Source: Eledone cirrhosa
Taxonomy: Eukaryota
Length of the DNA: 64,000 nt
NCBI GenBank assembly: GCA_964016885.1
Contig: OZ024761.1
Coordinates: 2,790,001 to 2,854,000, forward strand
Direction: 5' to 3'
The position numbers and the translations under genes are program-made. Of the stretch, positions 38,740 through 53,400 are shown in pieces (within the stretch, counting starts at the first letter, position 1; every line of letters starts with the position of its first letter). The notes beneath the pieces were generated by a model, which saw only the letters and a list, made by a program, of their open reading frames with translations, was not told the DNA's origin and made no database searches.

Positions 38740-39097
38740 ATAGACTGTTTCCGAACCTGGAGAGGGTAAAGGTGTGTTTCGCGGACTCGCGGGGTGATGA
38801 GGGAAACGCGTTGGTAGAGTCCCTCTGGCTAGCGAGACTCATACCTACGGGTAACCAACTCCGTGTCGATAGTGATGAGTTGGGAGGTGGTCCTAGAGCC
38901 AATGAAACCAGAAGTCTCCACAGCTACGGGCTCGAATGCAAACCTGTCGGAGAGAAACCGATTTTTGGAGCGTTTACCGTCCTCCGCCCGAAGTGCAGCA
39001 GTTAGTCGCAGATTGCACCGGGTTGAGGCTCGAGAAAGTGTCGCTGTATGAGACATCCCAGATGAGGGGCTTATCGCTGCGGAATGGGAAGATGTTT
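38740..39097 (-). mobile_element. CRE-like endonuclease fragment
   Basis: Minus-strand reading IFPFRSDKPLIWDVS..DTFS...AEDGKRSKNRFLSDRFAFEPVAVETSGFIG. Confidence 0.8.
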
Positions 39098-39647
39098 ATG
39101 AAGTGAACTGCTTAACCATTCGGCTAAATTGTGTCTACAAGCCAGAATGGTTTCATCTAAGATAGAACTAAACCACCACCGTCTGTCAGTTTAAAAAAAA
39201 TATATATATTTTAATTTGTTACCATACATTTTACGAAGAACTATCTCATTTAGAAAAGCCCAACGGGCACTACGTTGTCTGTGAGCGACGGCAGTCTGTG
39301 GGAAGACGGGTGGACGGGTGGGCGGACGTCTGTAGTATAAGTTATGTATTTCATATCTAAAATAAATTTAATGTTATTCAGAGCAAAAATAAAAAAATTA
39401 GAAATGTTTCTGCTTGACAGAATAATAGAGGATAATTTCTGCACTGATAATTATCACTCATTATAATCACTCATTAATTAATCTCATACACACACAATTA
39501 ATCTGAAATGTCAATTAACACAGATTTTAATCACCAATTAATAGGGTTATTGTAGCGAATTAAGTCGTTGAAAGGTTTGGATGGAATGCTTTGCGGTATT
39601 TATTGCGGTTCGGCGCTCTGAGTTCAAATCCCGCCGAGACGTACTTT

Positions 39648-40008
39648 GTCAGGGAATGTCACAAGGCCACAAGATCAGCTGAGGTCACTGTACAGAGGTC
39701 AGGGAATGAAAGGTCACAAGGCCACACCACAAGATCAGCTGAGGGGTCAGTACAGAGGTCAGGGCATGAAAGATCACAAGGCCACAAGATCAGCTGAGGT
39801 CACTGTACAGAGTTCAGCGCATGAAAGGACACAAGGCCACACCACAAGATCAGCTGAGGGGTCAGTACAGAGGTCAAGGCATGAAAGATCACAAGGCCAC
39901 AAGATCAGCTGAGGTCACTGTACAGAGTTCAGCGCATGAAAGGACACAAGGCCACACCACAAGATCAGCTGAGGTCACAGTACAGAGGTCAGGACATGAA
40001 AGGTCATA
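39648..40008. repeat. Tandem repeat with alternating 60/55-bp units (115-bp dimer), about 6 units
   Basis: cacaagatcagctgagg at 39668, 39728, 39783, 39843, 39898 and 39958. Confidence 0.92.
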
Positions 40009-40425
40009 ACTTCAATTAGAGCTGCCGTAGTAGACCTCATGCTGGAGAAGTAGCAGCTATTATATTTGAAGTCAAGTAGTGGTCCTTCATCTTAAAAGTC
40101 CCACTCTTTGTTATTTAAGTTTCACACGGAAAGTAACGTGGGTGTATAGAGGAGAGAAAGATGCTACCTTCTGGGTTTGATTTAGAACTTGGCGTGGGGG
40201 GGGGGGGGCACTTCAGGTTTGGGAGCATCGTGTCACTTCTGATTAGGGGCCTCTCATACACACACACCCCCAATATTAAATATCAAAGTTACCTTGACAC
40301 AAGTAATTAAAATTGAAAAGTTATACATACAGGAGTTAAATTAAAACATTCTAAGCACCCTAAAAGTAAAATCCCAGCTGAGGGTACAAATGCTACGTCT
40401 GTTGTTGGTGGGCCCCCACCCCCAC

Positions 40426-43400
40426 TATATTTGTGGGAGTGTATATATATTTGTGGGAGTGTATATGTGTTTGTGGGAGTGTATAAGTGTTTGTGGGCGT
40501 GTATATGTGTTTGTGGGAGTGTATATATGTTTGTAGGCGTGCTATTATGTTTGTAGGAGTGTATATATGTTTGGGGGAGTGTATATATGTTTGTGGGAGT
40601 CTTTATGTGTTTGTAGGAGTGTATATATGTTTGTGGGAGTGTATATATGTTTGTGGGAGTGTATATGTGTTTGTGGGAGTGTATATGTCTTTGTGGGAGT
40701 GTATATATATATTTGTGGGAGTGTATATATGTTTGTGGGAGTGTATATATGTATGTGTGAGTGTATATGTGTTTGTGGGGGTGTATGTATGTTTGTGGGA
40801 GTGTATATAAGTTTGTGTGAGTGTATATGTGTTTGTGGGAGTGTATATATGTTTGTGGGAGTGTATATGTGTTTGTGGGAGTGTATATATGTTTGTGGGA
40901 GTGTATATATATATATTTGTGGGAGTGTATATATGTTTGTGGGAGTGTATATGTCTTTGTGGGAGTGTATATATATTTGTGTGAGTGTATGTATTTGTGT
41001 GAGTGTATATGTGTTTGTGTGAGTATATATATATATATTTGTGTGAGTGTATATATGTTTGTGGGAGTGTATATATGTTTGTGGGAGTGTATATATGTTA
41101 GTGGGAGTGTATATGTGTTTGTGGGAGTGTATATATGCTTGTGGGAGTATAAATATATATTTGTGGGAGTGTATATGTGTTTGTGGGAATGTATATATAT
41201 TTGTGTGAGTGTATTTGTGTTTGTGTGAGTGTATATGTGTTTGTGTGAGTGTATATGTGTTTGTGGGAGTGTATATATATTTGTGGGAGTGTATATATAT
41301 ATATTTGTGGTAGTGTATATATGTTTGTGGGAGTATATATATATATATTTGTGGGAGTGTATATGTGTTTGTGTGAGTGTATATGTGTTTGTGAGATTGT
41401 ATATACATATTTGTGGGAGTGTATATATGTTTGTGGGAGTGTATATATGTTTGTGGGAGTGGATATATGTTTGTGTGAGTGTATATGTGTTTATGGGAGT
41501 GTATATGTGTTTGTAGCAGTGTATATATGTTTGTGGGAGTAGATATATATTTGTGTGAGTGTATATGTGTTTGTGGGAGTGTATATATATTTGTGTGAGT
41601 TTATATGTGTTTGTGGGAGTGTATATATATTTGTGGGAGTCTATATATGTTTGAGGGAGTGTATATATGTTGTGGCAGTGTATATATATATTTGTGGGAG
41701 TGTATATGTGTTTGTCGGAGTGTATATACGTTTGTGGGAGTGTATATATATATTTGTGGGAGTGTATATGTCTTTGTGGGAGTGTATATATATCTGTGTG
41801 AGTGTATATGTGTTTGTGTGAGTGTATATGTGTTCGTGGCAGTGTATATGTGTTTGTGGGAGTGTATATATGTTTGTGTGAGTGTATGTGTGTTTGTTGG
41901 AATGTATATATGTTTGTGGGAGTGTATATATATATATATATATATATATTTGTGGGAGTGTATATGTGTTTGTGGGAGTGTATATATATTTGTGGGAGCG
42001 TATATATGTTTGTGGGAGTGTATATATGTTGTGGCAGTGTATATATATATTTGTGGGAGTGTATATGTGTTTGTCAGAGTGTATATATATTTGTGTGAGT
42101 GTATATGTGTTTGTGTGAGTGTATGTGTTTGTGGGAGTGTATATGTGTTTGTGGGAGTGTATATATGTTTGTGGGAGTGTATATATGTTTGTGGGAGTGT
42201 ATATGTGTTTGTGGGAGTGTATATGTGTTTGTGGGAGTGTATATATATTTGTCTGAATGTATATGTGTTTGTGGGAGTGTATATATGTTTGTGGGAGTGT
42301 ATGTGTTTGTGGGAGTGTATATATATTTCTGGGAGTGTATATGTGTTTGTGGGAGTGTATACGTGTTTGTAGGAGTGTATATGTGTTTGTGGGAGTGTAT
42401 ATATATATTTGTAGGAGTGTATATATGTTTGTGGGAGTGTATATGTGTTTGTGGGAATGCATATATGTTTGTGGGAGTGTATATGTGTTTGTGAGTGTGT
42501 ATATGTGTTTATGGGAGTGTATATATATTTGTGTGAGTGTATATGTGTTTGTGGAGTGTATATATGTTTGTGTGAGTGTATATGTGTTTGTGAGGCTGTA
42601 TATCTGTTTGTGGGAGTGTATATATATTTGTGGGAGTGTATATGTGTTTGTGTGGGTGTATATGTGTTTGTGGGTGTGTATATATGTTTGTGGGAGTGTA
42701 TATATATATTTGTGGGAGTGTATATGTGTTTGTGGGAATGTATATATATTTGTGTGGTGTATATGTGTTTGTGTGGGTGTATATGTGTTTGTGGGAGCGT
42801 ATATATGTTTGTGGGAGTGTATATATGTTTGTGGCAGTGTAGATATATATATTTGTGGGAGTGTATATGTATTTGTGGGAGTGTATATATGTTTGTGATA
42901 GTGTATATATATATTTGTGGGAGTGTATATATGTTTGTGGGAGTGTATATATGTTTGTGGGAGTGTATATATGTTTGTGTAAGTTTCTATGTGTTTGTGG
43001 TGTATATATGTGTTTGTGGGACTGCATATGTGTTTGTGGGAGTGTATATATGTTTGTGGGAGTGTATATGTATTTGAGGGACTGTATTTGTGTTTGTGGG
43101 AGTGTATATATATTTTTCTGAATGTATATGTGTTTGTGGGAGTGTATATATGTTTGTGGGAGTGTATATATATATTTGTGGGAGTGTATATGCGTTTGTG
43201 GGAATGTATATATATTTGTGTGAGTGTATATGTGTTTGTGTGAGTGTATATGCGTTTGTGGGAGTGTATATATGTTTGTGGCAGTGTAGATATATATATT
43301 TGTGGGAGTGTATATGTGTTTGTGGGAGTGTATATATGTTTGTGGGAGTGTATATATGTTTGTGGGAGTGTATATATGTTTGTGGGAGTGTACATGTGTT

Positions 43401-46400
43401 TGTGGTGTATATATGTGTTTGTGGGACTGTATATGTGTTTGTGGGAGTGTATATATGTTTGTGGGAGTGTATATGTATTTGTGAGACTGTATTTGTGTTT
43501 GTGGGAGTGTATATATGTTTGTGGGACTGTATATGTCTTTGTGGGAGTGTATATATATTTGTGTGAGTGTATGTATTTGTGTGAGTGTATATGTGTTTGT
43601 GTGAGTATATATATATATATTTGTGTGAGTGTATATATGTTTGTGGGAGTGTATATATGTTTGTGGGAGTGTATATATGTTAGTGGGAGTGTATATGTGT
43701 TTGTGGGAGTGTATATATGCTTGTGGGAGTATAAATATATATTTGTGGGAGTGTATATGTGTTTGTGGGAATGTATATATATTTGTGTGAGTGTATTTGT
43801 GTTTGTGTGAGTGTATATGTGTTTGTGTGAGTGTATATGTGTTTGTGGGAGTGTATATATATTTGTGGGAGTGTATATATATATATTTGTGGTAGTGTAT
43901 ATATGTTTGTGGGAGTATATATATATATATTTGTGGGAGTGTATATGTGTTTGTGTGAGTGTATATGTGTTTGTGAGATTGTATATACATATTTGTGGGA
44001 GTGTATATATGTTTGTGGGAGTGTATATATGTTTGTGGGAGTGGATATATGTTTGTGTGAGTGTATATGTGTTTATGGGAGTGTATATGTGTTTGTAGCA
44101 GTGTATATATGTTTGTGGGAGTAGATATATATTTGTGTGAGTGTATATGTGTTTGTGGGAGTGTATATATATTTGTGTGAGTTTATATGTGTTTGTGGGA
44201 GTGTATATATATTTGTGGGAGTCTATATATGTTTGAGGGAGTGTATATATGTTGTGGCAGTGTATATATATATTTGTGGGAGTGTATATGTGTTTGTCGG
44301 AGTGTATATACGTTTGTGGGAGTGTATATATATATTTGTGGGAGTGTATATGTCTTTGTGGGAGTGTATATATATCTGTGTGAGTGTATATGTGTTTGTG
44401 TGAGTGTATATGTGTTCGTGGCAGTGTATATGTGTTTGTGGGAGTGTATATATGTTTGTGTGAGTGTATGTGTGTTTGTTGGAATGTATATATGTTTGTG
44501 GGAGTGTATATATATATATATATATATATTTGTGGGAGTGTATTTGTGTTTGTGGGAGTGTATATATATTTGTGGGAGCGTATATATGTTTGTGGGAGTG
44601 TATATATGTTGTGGCAGTGTATATATATATTTGTGGGAGTGTATATGTGTTTGTCAGAGTGTATATATATTTGTGTGAGTGTATATGTGTTTGTGTGAGT
44701 GTATGTGTTTGTGGGAGTGTATATGTGTTTGTGGGAGTGTATATATGTTTGTGGGAGTGTATATATGTTTGTGGGAGTGTATATGTGTTTGTGGGAGTGT
44801 ATATGTGTTTGTGGGAGTGTATATATATTTGTCTGAATGTATATGTGTTTGTGGGAGTGTATATATGTTTGTGGGAGTGTATGTGTTTGTGGGAGTGTAT
44901 ATATATTTCTGGGAGTGTATATGTGTTTGTGGGAGTGTATACGTGTTTGTAGGAGTGTATATGTGTTTGTGGGAGTGTATATATATATTTGTAGGAGTGT
45001 ATATATGTTTGTGGGAGTGTATATGTGTTTGTGGGAATGCATATATGTTTGTGGGAGTGTATATGTGTTTGTGAGTGTGTATATGTGTTTATGGGAGTGT
45101 ATATATATTTGTGTGAGTGTATATGTGTTTGTGGAGTGTATATATGTTTGTGTGAGTGTATATGTGTTTGTGAGGCTGTATATCTGTTTGTGGGAGTGTA
45201 TATATATTTGTGGGAGTGTATATGTGTTTGTGTGGGTGTATATGTGTTTGTTGGTGTGTATATATGTTTGTGGGAGTGTATATATATATTTGTGGGAGTG
45301 TATATGTGTTTGTGGGAATGTATATATATTTGTGTGGTGTATATGTGTTTGTGTGGGTGTATATGTTTTTGTGGGAGCGTATATATGTTTGTGGGAGTGT
45401 ATATATGTTTGTGGCAGTGTAGATATATATATTTGTGGGAGTGTATATGTGTTTGTGGGAGTGTATATATGTTTGTGATAGTGTATATATATATTTGTGG
45501 GAGTGTATATATGTTTGTGGGAGTGTATATATGTTTGTGGGAGTGTATATATGTTTGTGTAAGTGTATATGTGTTTGTGGTGTATATATGTGTTTGTGGG
45601 ACTGCATATGTGTTTGTGGGAGTGTATATATGTTTGTGGGAGTGTATATGTATTTGAGGGACTGTATTTGTGTTTGTGGGAGTGTATATATATTTTTCTG
45701 AATGTATATGTGTTTGTGGGAGTGTATATATGTTTGTGGGAGTGTATATATATATTTGTGGGAGCGTATATGCGTTTGTGGGAATGTATATATATTTGTG
45801 TGAGTGTATATGTGTTTGTGTGAGTGTATATGCGTTTGTGGGAGTGTATATATGTTTGTGGCAGTGTAGATATATATATTTGTGGGAGTGTATATGTGTT
45901 TGTGGGAGTGTATATATGTTTGTGGGAGTGTATATATGTTTGTGGGAGTGTATATATGTTTGTGGGAGTGTACATGTGTTTGTGGTGTATATATGTGTTT
46001 GTGGGACTGTATATGTGTTTGTGGGAGTGTATATATGTTTGTGGGAGTGTATATGTATTTGTGGGACTGTATTTGTGTTTGTGGGAGTGTATATATGTTT
46101 GTGGGACTGTATATGTGTTTGTGGGAGTGTATATATGTCTGCGGGAGTGTATATATGTTTGTGGGAGTGTATCTATGTTTGTGTGAGTGTATATGTGCTT
46201 GTGGGAGTGGATATGTGTTTGTGGGAGTGTATATGTGTTTGTGTGAGTGTATATGTTTTTGTGGGAGTGTATATATGTTTGTGGGCGTGTATATATATAT
46301 GTTTGTGTGAGTGTATATGTGTTTGTGGGAGTGTATATATATTTGTGTGAGTGTATATATGTTTGTGGGAGTGTATATGTGTTTGTGGGAATGTATATGT

Positions 46401-49400
46401 GTTTGTGGGAGTATATATATATTTGTGGGAGTATATATATGTTTGTGGGAGTGAACATATATATTTGTGGGAGTATATATGTGCTTGTGGGAGTGGTTAT
46501 GTATTTGTGGGAGTGTATATGTGTTTGTGGGAATATAAATGTGTTTGTGGGACTGTATATGTGTTTGTGGGAGTGTATATATGTTTGTGGGAGTGTATAT
46601 GTGTTTGTGGGAGTGTATATATGTTTGTGTGAGTGTATATGTTTGTGGGAGTGTATATGTGTTCGTGGGAGTGTATATGTGTTTGTGGGAGTGTATATGT
46701 GTTTGTTTGAATGTATATGTGATTGTGGGAGTGCATATATGTTTGTGGGAGTGTATATATGTTTGTGGGAGTGTATATGTATTTGTGGGAGTGTATATAT
46801 ATTTGTGTGAGTGTATATGTGTTTGTGTGAGTGTATGCGTTTGTGGGATTTTATATGTGTTTGTGGGAGTGTATATATGTTTGTGGGAGTGTATATATGT
46901 TTGTGTGAGTGTATATGTGTTTGTGGGAGTGTATATGTGTTAGTGGGAGTGTATATGTGTATGTGGGAGTGTATATGTTTATTTGAGTGTGTATGTGTTT
47001 GTGGGAGAGTATATATGTTTGTGGGAGTGTATATGTGTTTGTGGGAGTGTATATATGTTTGTGTGAGTGTATGTGAGTTTGTTGGAATGTATATATGTTT
47101 GTGGGAGTGTATATATATATATTTGTGGGAGTGTATATGTGTTTGTGGGAGTGTATATATATTTGTGGGAGTGTATATATGTTTGTGGCAGTGTATATAT
47201 ATATATTTGTGGGCGTGTATATGTGTTTGTGGGAGTGTATATATGTTTGTGGGAGTGTATGTATTTGTGGGAGTGTATATATATTTCTGGGAGTGTATAT
47301 GTGTTTGTGGGAGTGTATACGTGTTTGTAGGAGTGTATATGTGTTTGTGGGAGTGTATATATATATATATTTGTAGGAGTGTATATATGTTTGTGGGAGT
47401 GTATATGTGTTTGTGGGAATGCATATATGTTTGTGTGAGTGTATGTGTGTTTGTGAGTGGGTATATGTGTGTATGGGTGCGTATATATATTTGTGTGAGT
47501 GTATATGTGTGTGTGGAGTGTATATATGTTTGTGTGTGTGTATATGTGTTTGTGGGGCTGTATATCTGTTTGTGGGAGTGTATATATATTTGTGGGAGTG
47601 TATATGTGTTTGTAGGAGTGTATATATATTTGTGGGACTGTATATGTGTTTGTGTGGGTGTATATGTGTTTGTGGGTGTGTATATATGTTTATGGGAGTG
47701 TATATATGTTTATGGGAGTGTACATGTTTTTGTGGTGTATATATGTGTTTGTGGGACTGTATATGTGTTTGTGGGAGTGTATATATGTTTGTGGGAGTGT
47801 ATATGTATTTGTGGGACTGTATTTGTGTGTGTGGGAGTCTATATATGTTTGTGGGAGTGTATATGTGTTTGTGGGACTGTATATGTGTTTGTGGGAGTGT
47901 ATATATGTTTGCGGGAGTGTATATATGTTTGTAGGAGTGTATCTATGTTTGTGTGAGTGTATATATGTTTGTGGGAGTGTATATATGTTTGTGGGAGTGT
48001 ATCTATGTTTGTGTGAGTGTATATGTGCTTGTGGGAGTGGATATGTGTTTGTGGGAGTGTATATGTGTTTGTGTGAGTGCATATATGTTTGTGGGCGTGT
48101 ATATATATATGTTTGTGTGAGTGTATATATGTTTGTGGGAGTGTATATATGTTTGTGTGAGTGTATATGTGTTTGTGGGAGTGTATATATATTTGTGTGA
48201 GTGTATATATGTTTGTGGGAGTGTATATGTGTTTGAGGGAGTATATATGTGTTTGTGGGACTGTATATGTGTTTGTGGGAGTGTATATATGTTTGTGGGA
48301 GTGTATATATGTTTGTGGGCGTGTATATGTGTTTGTGGGAGTATATATATATTTGTGGGTGTGTATATATGTTTGTGGGAGTGTATATGTTTGTGGGAGT
48401 GTATATGTGTTCGTGGGAGTGTATATGTGTTTGTGGGAGTGTATATGTGTTTGTTCGAATGTATATGTGATTGTGGGAGTGCATATATGTTTGTGGGAGT
48501 GTATATGTGTTTGTAGGAGTGTATATATATTTGTGGGACTGTATATGTGTTTGTGTGGGTGTATATGTGTTTGTGGGTGTGTATATATGTTTATGGGAGT
48601 GTATATATGTTTATGGGAGTGTACATGTTTTTGTGGTGTATATATGTGTTTGTGGGACTGTATATGTGTTTGTGGGAGTGTATATATGTTTGTGGGAGTG
48701 TATATGTATTTGTGGGACTGTATTTGTGTGTGTGGGAGTCTATATATGTTTGTGGGAGTGTATATGTGTTTGTGGGACTGTATATGTGTTTGTGGGAGTG
48801 TATATATGTTTGCGGGAGTGTATATATGTTTGTAGGAGTGTATCTATGTTTGTGTGAGTGTATATATGTTTGTGGGAGTGTATATATGTTTGTGGGAGTG
48901 TATCTATGTTTGTGTGAGTGTATATGTGCTTGTGGGAGTGGATATGTGTTTGTGGGAGTGTATATGTGTTTGTGTGAGTGCATATATGTTTGTGGGCGTG
49001 TATATATATATGTTTGTGTGAGTGTATATATGTTTGTGGGAGTGTATATATGTTTGTGTGAGTGTATATGTGTTTGTGGGAGTGTATATATATTTGTGTG
49101 AGTGTATATATGTTTGTGGGAGTGTATATGTGTTTGAGGGAGTATATATGTGTTTGTGGGACTGTATATGTGTTTGTGGGAGTGTATATATGTTTGTGGG
49201 AGTGTATATATGTTTGTGGGCGTGTATATGTGTTTGTGGGAGTATATATATATTTGTGGGTGTGTATATATGTTTGTGGGAGTGTATATGTTTGTGGGAG
49301 TGTATATGTGTTCGTGGGAGTGTATATGTGTTTGTGGGAGTGTATATGTGTTTGTTCGAATGTATATGTGATTGTGGGAGTGCATATATGTTTGTGGGAG

Positions 49401-49700
49401 TGTATATGTATTTGTGGGAGTGTATATATGTGTTTGTAGGAGTGTATATTGGTTTGTGGGAGTGTATATATATTTGTCTGAGATTATGTGTTTGTGGGAG
49501 TGTATATATATTTGTGGGAGTGTATATATATTTGTGTGAGTGTATATGTGTTTGTGGGAGTGTATATATATTTGGGGAAGTGTATATATATTTGTGTGAG
49601 TGTATATGTGTTTGTGGGAGTGTATATATATTTGTGGGAGTGTATATATGTTTGTGGGAGGGTATATGTGTTTGTGGGAGTGTATATGTGTTTGTGTGTT
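40426..49700. repeat. Satellite of about 20 bp (gtgtatatRtgtttgtggga)n, about 9.3 kb, with higher-order duplications
   Basis: Direct inspection. Identical ORF translations recur at 2580-2582 bp and 901 bp offsets. Confidence 0.97.
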
Positions 49701-49799
49701 TATTTAGAAAGATACATGGACAATAGAGTTACAAACAGACACAAATCTACACATACATATATATATAGACACCCTTAGACAAAATAATTATTACATACA

Positions 49800-49989
49800 C
49801 ACACATCTATGTGATTACTGAAGAAGGAGAGGGTGAGAAACTATAGAAGTCCAGTATTCTGAGATTCGTCACACTTGTGTGTATGTGTAATGATTTGGCT
49901 GCACACATTGGCTGTGTGTTTGTATCACTTGTGTGAGTGAGAGCGAAGGAACCAACTAACCAGCATCACTTTTTAATATTATGTATAGA
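49800..49989 (-). mobile_element. Probable Helitron 5' terminus
   Basis: Minus strand a^TCTATACATAATATTAAAAAGTGATG...TTGGTTCCTTCGC. The 13-mer also occurs at 32882-32894 inside the Helitron above. The left boundary is arbitrary. Confidence 0.55.
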
Positions 49990-49990
49990 T

Positions 49991-50159
49991 TATCGGTAGA
50001 GGGTCGGACGCCATGCTTTGAAGCATAGAGTTAGGTCCCTTTACGGTATGAGTTCACATCCAACCGAGGTTAACTTTGCCTTGTATCCTTACAGGGGCGA
50101 TAAAATAACGTACCAGCAATGCACTGGGCTAATATCCGGCCTTGTACCAAAAGTAGAAA
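49991..50159 (+). mobile_element. tRNA-derived SINE, family 1 (5'-clipped)
   Basis: tatcggtagagggtcggacgccatgc...gagttcacatcc... Confidence 0.8.
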
Positions 50160-50429
50160 TATTTAGAATCAGCCGCCATTTTTGACGGCACGAGGCCAGT
50201 TAGTATATGGAATAATTAGTTAACGTCTGGCAACTAGTGGGATTTGTTGTTAGTAGAGCGTGAGAAAGTCGCCATATTGTTCTGTAAATTCTATTTTATG
50301 TTTCATGAAAAGACACTTCACATTTCATATCTGTCTCGTCTGTTCTTTTGAAAATACTTTTCTCTTCTAAAAATACTACATAAGCTTTTGTCACCCTTCT
50401 TCAGTACTAACGTGAGCAGTAAACCATTT

Positions 50430-53400
50430 TTGTTGGTGTTGTTGTTGTTCTTCTTGTTCATGTTCTTGTTGTTGGTGTTGGTGGCGTTGGTGGTGTCGGT
50501 GGTGTTGTTGGTGTTGGTGTTGTTGTTGGTGGTGGTGGTGTTGGTGGTGTTGTTGGTGGTGGTGGTGTTGTTGGTGTTGGTGTTGGTGGTGTTGTTGGTG
50601 TTGTTGGGGTTGGTGTTGTCGGTGTTGTTGGTTGTGGTGGTGCTGTTGGTGGTGTTGTTGTTGGTGGTGGTGGTGGTGTTGGTGGTGTTGGTGGTGTTGG
50701 TGTCGGTGTGGTTGGTGTTGGTGGCGTTGTTGGTGTTTGTGTTGGTGTTGCTGTTGTTGGTGTTGTTGGTGTTGCTGTTGTTGGTCTTGTTGGTGTTGGT
50801 GGTGTTGGTGGTGTTGGTGGTGTTGGTGGTGTTGGTGTTGTTGGTGTTGGTGTTGGTGTTGTTGGTGTTGTTGTTGGTGTTGGTGTTGTAGGTGTTGGTG
50901 TTGTTGGTGTTGTTGTTGTTGTTGGTGTTGGTGTTGGTGTTGGTGGTGTTGTTGGTGTTGTTGGTGTTGTTGGTGTTGGTGGTGTTGTTGGTGTTGTTGG
51001 CGTTGTTGGTATTGGTGGTGTTGGTGGTGTTGTTGGTGTTGGTGTTGTTTGTGTTGGTGTTGGTGGTGTTGTGGGTGTTGTTGGTGTTTTGGTGTTGTTG
51101 GTGTTGGTGTTGTTGCTGTTGGTGTTGGTGTTGTTGGTGTTGGTGTTGTTGGTGTTGGTGTTGGTGTTAGTGGTGTTGGTGGTGTTGTTGGTGTTGGTGT
51201 TGTTGGTGTTGTTGGTGTTGGTGTTGTTGGTGTTGTTGGTGTTGTTGTTGTTGGTGTTGGTGTTGTTGGTGTTGGTGTTGTTGGTGTTGTTGGTGTAGTT
51301 GGTGTTGGTGTTGTTGGTGTTGTTGGTGTTGGTGTTGTTGGTGTTGTTGGTGTTGTTGGTGTTGGTGTTGTTGGTGTTGGTGTTGTTGTTGGTGTTGGTG
51401 TTGGTGGTGTTGTTGGTGTTGGTGGTGTTCGTGTTAGTGTTGTTGGTGTTGTTGGTGTTAGTGTTGTTGGTATTGGTGTTGTTGTTGGTGTTGTTAGTGT
51501 TGTTGGTGTTGCTGGTGTTGGTGTTGGTGTTGTTGTTGGTGTTGTTGTTGTTGGTGTTGGTGTTGGTGATGTTGGTGGTGGTGGTGGTGTTGGTGTTGGT
51601 GTTGTTGGTGTTAGTGTTGTTGGTTTCGGTGTGGTTGGTGCTGGTGTTGGTGTTGGTGGTGTTGGTGGTGTTGTTGGTGTTGGTGTTGTTGGTGTTGGTG
51701 TTGTTGGTGTTGTTGGTGTTGTTGCTGTTGTTGGTGTTGTTGGTGTTAGTGTTGTTGGTGTTGGGGTTGTTGGTGTTGGGGTTGTTGGTGTTGGTGGTGT
51801 TGTTGGTGTTGTTGGTGTTGTTGGTGTTGGTGTTGTTGGTGTTGGTATTGTTGGTGTTGTTGGTGTTGTTGGTGTTGTTGGTGTTGTTGGTGTTGGTGTT
51901 GTTGGTGTTGGTGTTGTTGGTGTTGGTGTTGTTGGTGTTGTTGGTGTTGGTGTTGTTGGTGTTGGTGTTGTTAGTGTTGTTGGTTTTGGTGGTGTTGGTG
52001 TTGTTGGTGTTGGTGTTGGTGGTGTTGGTGTTGTTGTTGGTGTTGCTGTTGTTGGTGTTGTTGGTGTTGTTGGTGTTGTTGGTGTTGTTGGTGTTGTTGG
52101 TGCTGTTGGTGTTGTTGGTGCTGTTGGTGATGTTGGTGTTGGTGTTGGTAGTGTTGTTGGTGTTGGTGTTTTTGGTGTTGGTGTTGTTGGTGTTGGTGTT
52201 GTTGTTGGTGTTGTTGTTGTTGGTGTTGTTGTTGTTGTTGGTGTTGGTGTTGGTGGTGTTGTTGGTGTTGGTGGTGTTGTTGGTGTTGTTGGTGTTGTTG
52301 GTGCTGTGGGTGATGTTGGTGTTGGTGTTGGTAGTGTTGTTGGTGTTGGTGTTTTTGGTGTTGGTGTTGTTGGTGTTGGTGTTGTTGTTGGTGTTGTTGT
52401 TGTTGGTGTTGTTGTTGTTGTTGGTGTTGGTGTTGGTGGTGTTGGTGTTGTTGTTGGTGTTGCTGTTGTTGGTGTTGTTGTTGGTGTTGTTGGTGTTGTT
52501 GGTGTTGTTGGTGTTGGTGGTGTTGTTGTTGTTGGTGTTGTTTGTGTTGTTGGTGTTGTTGGTGTTGGTGTTGTTGGTTTTGGTGTTGTTGGTGTTGTTG
52601 GTGTTGGTGTTGGTGGTGTTGGTGTTGTTGTTGGTGTTGCTGTTGTTGGTGTTGTTGGTGTTGGTGTTGTTGGTGTTGTTGGTGTTGTTGGTGTTGTTGG
52701 TGTCGTTGGTGTTGTTGGTGTTGTTGGTGTTGGTGTTGTTGGTTTTGGTGTTGTTGGTGTTGTTGGTGTTGGTGTTGGTGGTGTTGGTGTTGTTGTTGGT
52801 GTTGCTGTTGTTGGTGTTGTTGGTGTTGGTGTTGTTGGTGTTGTTGGTGTTGTTGGTGTTGTTGGTGTTGGTGGTGTTGTTGTTGTTGGTGTTGTTTGTG
52901 TTTGTGTTGGTGTTGGTGGTGTTGTTGGTGTTGTTGGTGGTGTTGGTGTTGTTGGTGTTGTTGGTGGTGTTGGTGGTGTTGTTGGTGTTGGTGTTGTTGG
53001 TGTTGGTGTTGTTGGTGTTGTTGGTGTTGTTGTTGTTGGTGTTGGTGTTGTTGGTGTTGGTGTTGTTGGTGTTGTTGGTGTTGGTGTTGTTGGTGTTGGT
53101 GTTGTTCGTGTTGTTGGTGTTGGTGTTGTTGGTGTTGTTGGTGTTGGTGTTGTTGGTGTTGGTGTTGTTGTTGGTGTTGGTGTTGGTGGTGTTCTTGGTG
53201 TTGGTGGTGTTCGTGTTGGTGTTGTTGGTGTTGTTGGTGTTAGTGTTGTTGGTGTTGGTGTTGTTGTTGGTGTTGTTAGTGTTGTTGGTGTTGGTAGTGT
53301 TGGTGTTGGTGGTGTTGTTGGTGTTGGTGGTGTTGTTGGTGTTGGTGTTGTTGGTGTTGGTGTTGTTGTTGGTGTTGCTGGTGTTGGTGTTGGTGGTGTT

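Noticed and set aside
39648-40008. CRISPR-like array
   Set aside because: The spacers are themselves repeated, the context is eukaryotic, and there are no cas genes.
41641-47424. 1927-aa His/Thr/Tyr ORF and the overlapping Cys/Val-rich ORFs
   Set aside because: Artefacts of a stop-poor 20-bp satellite.
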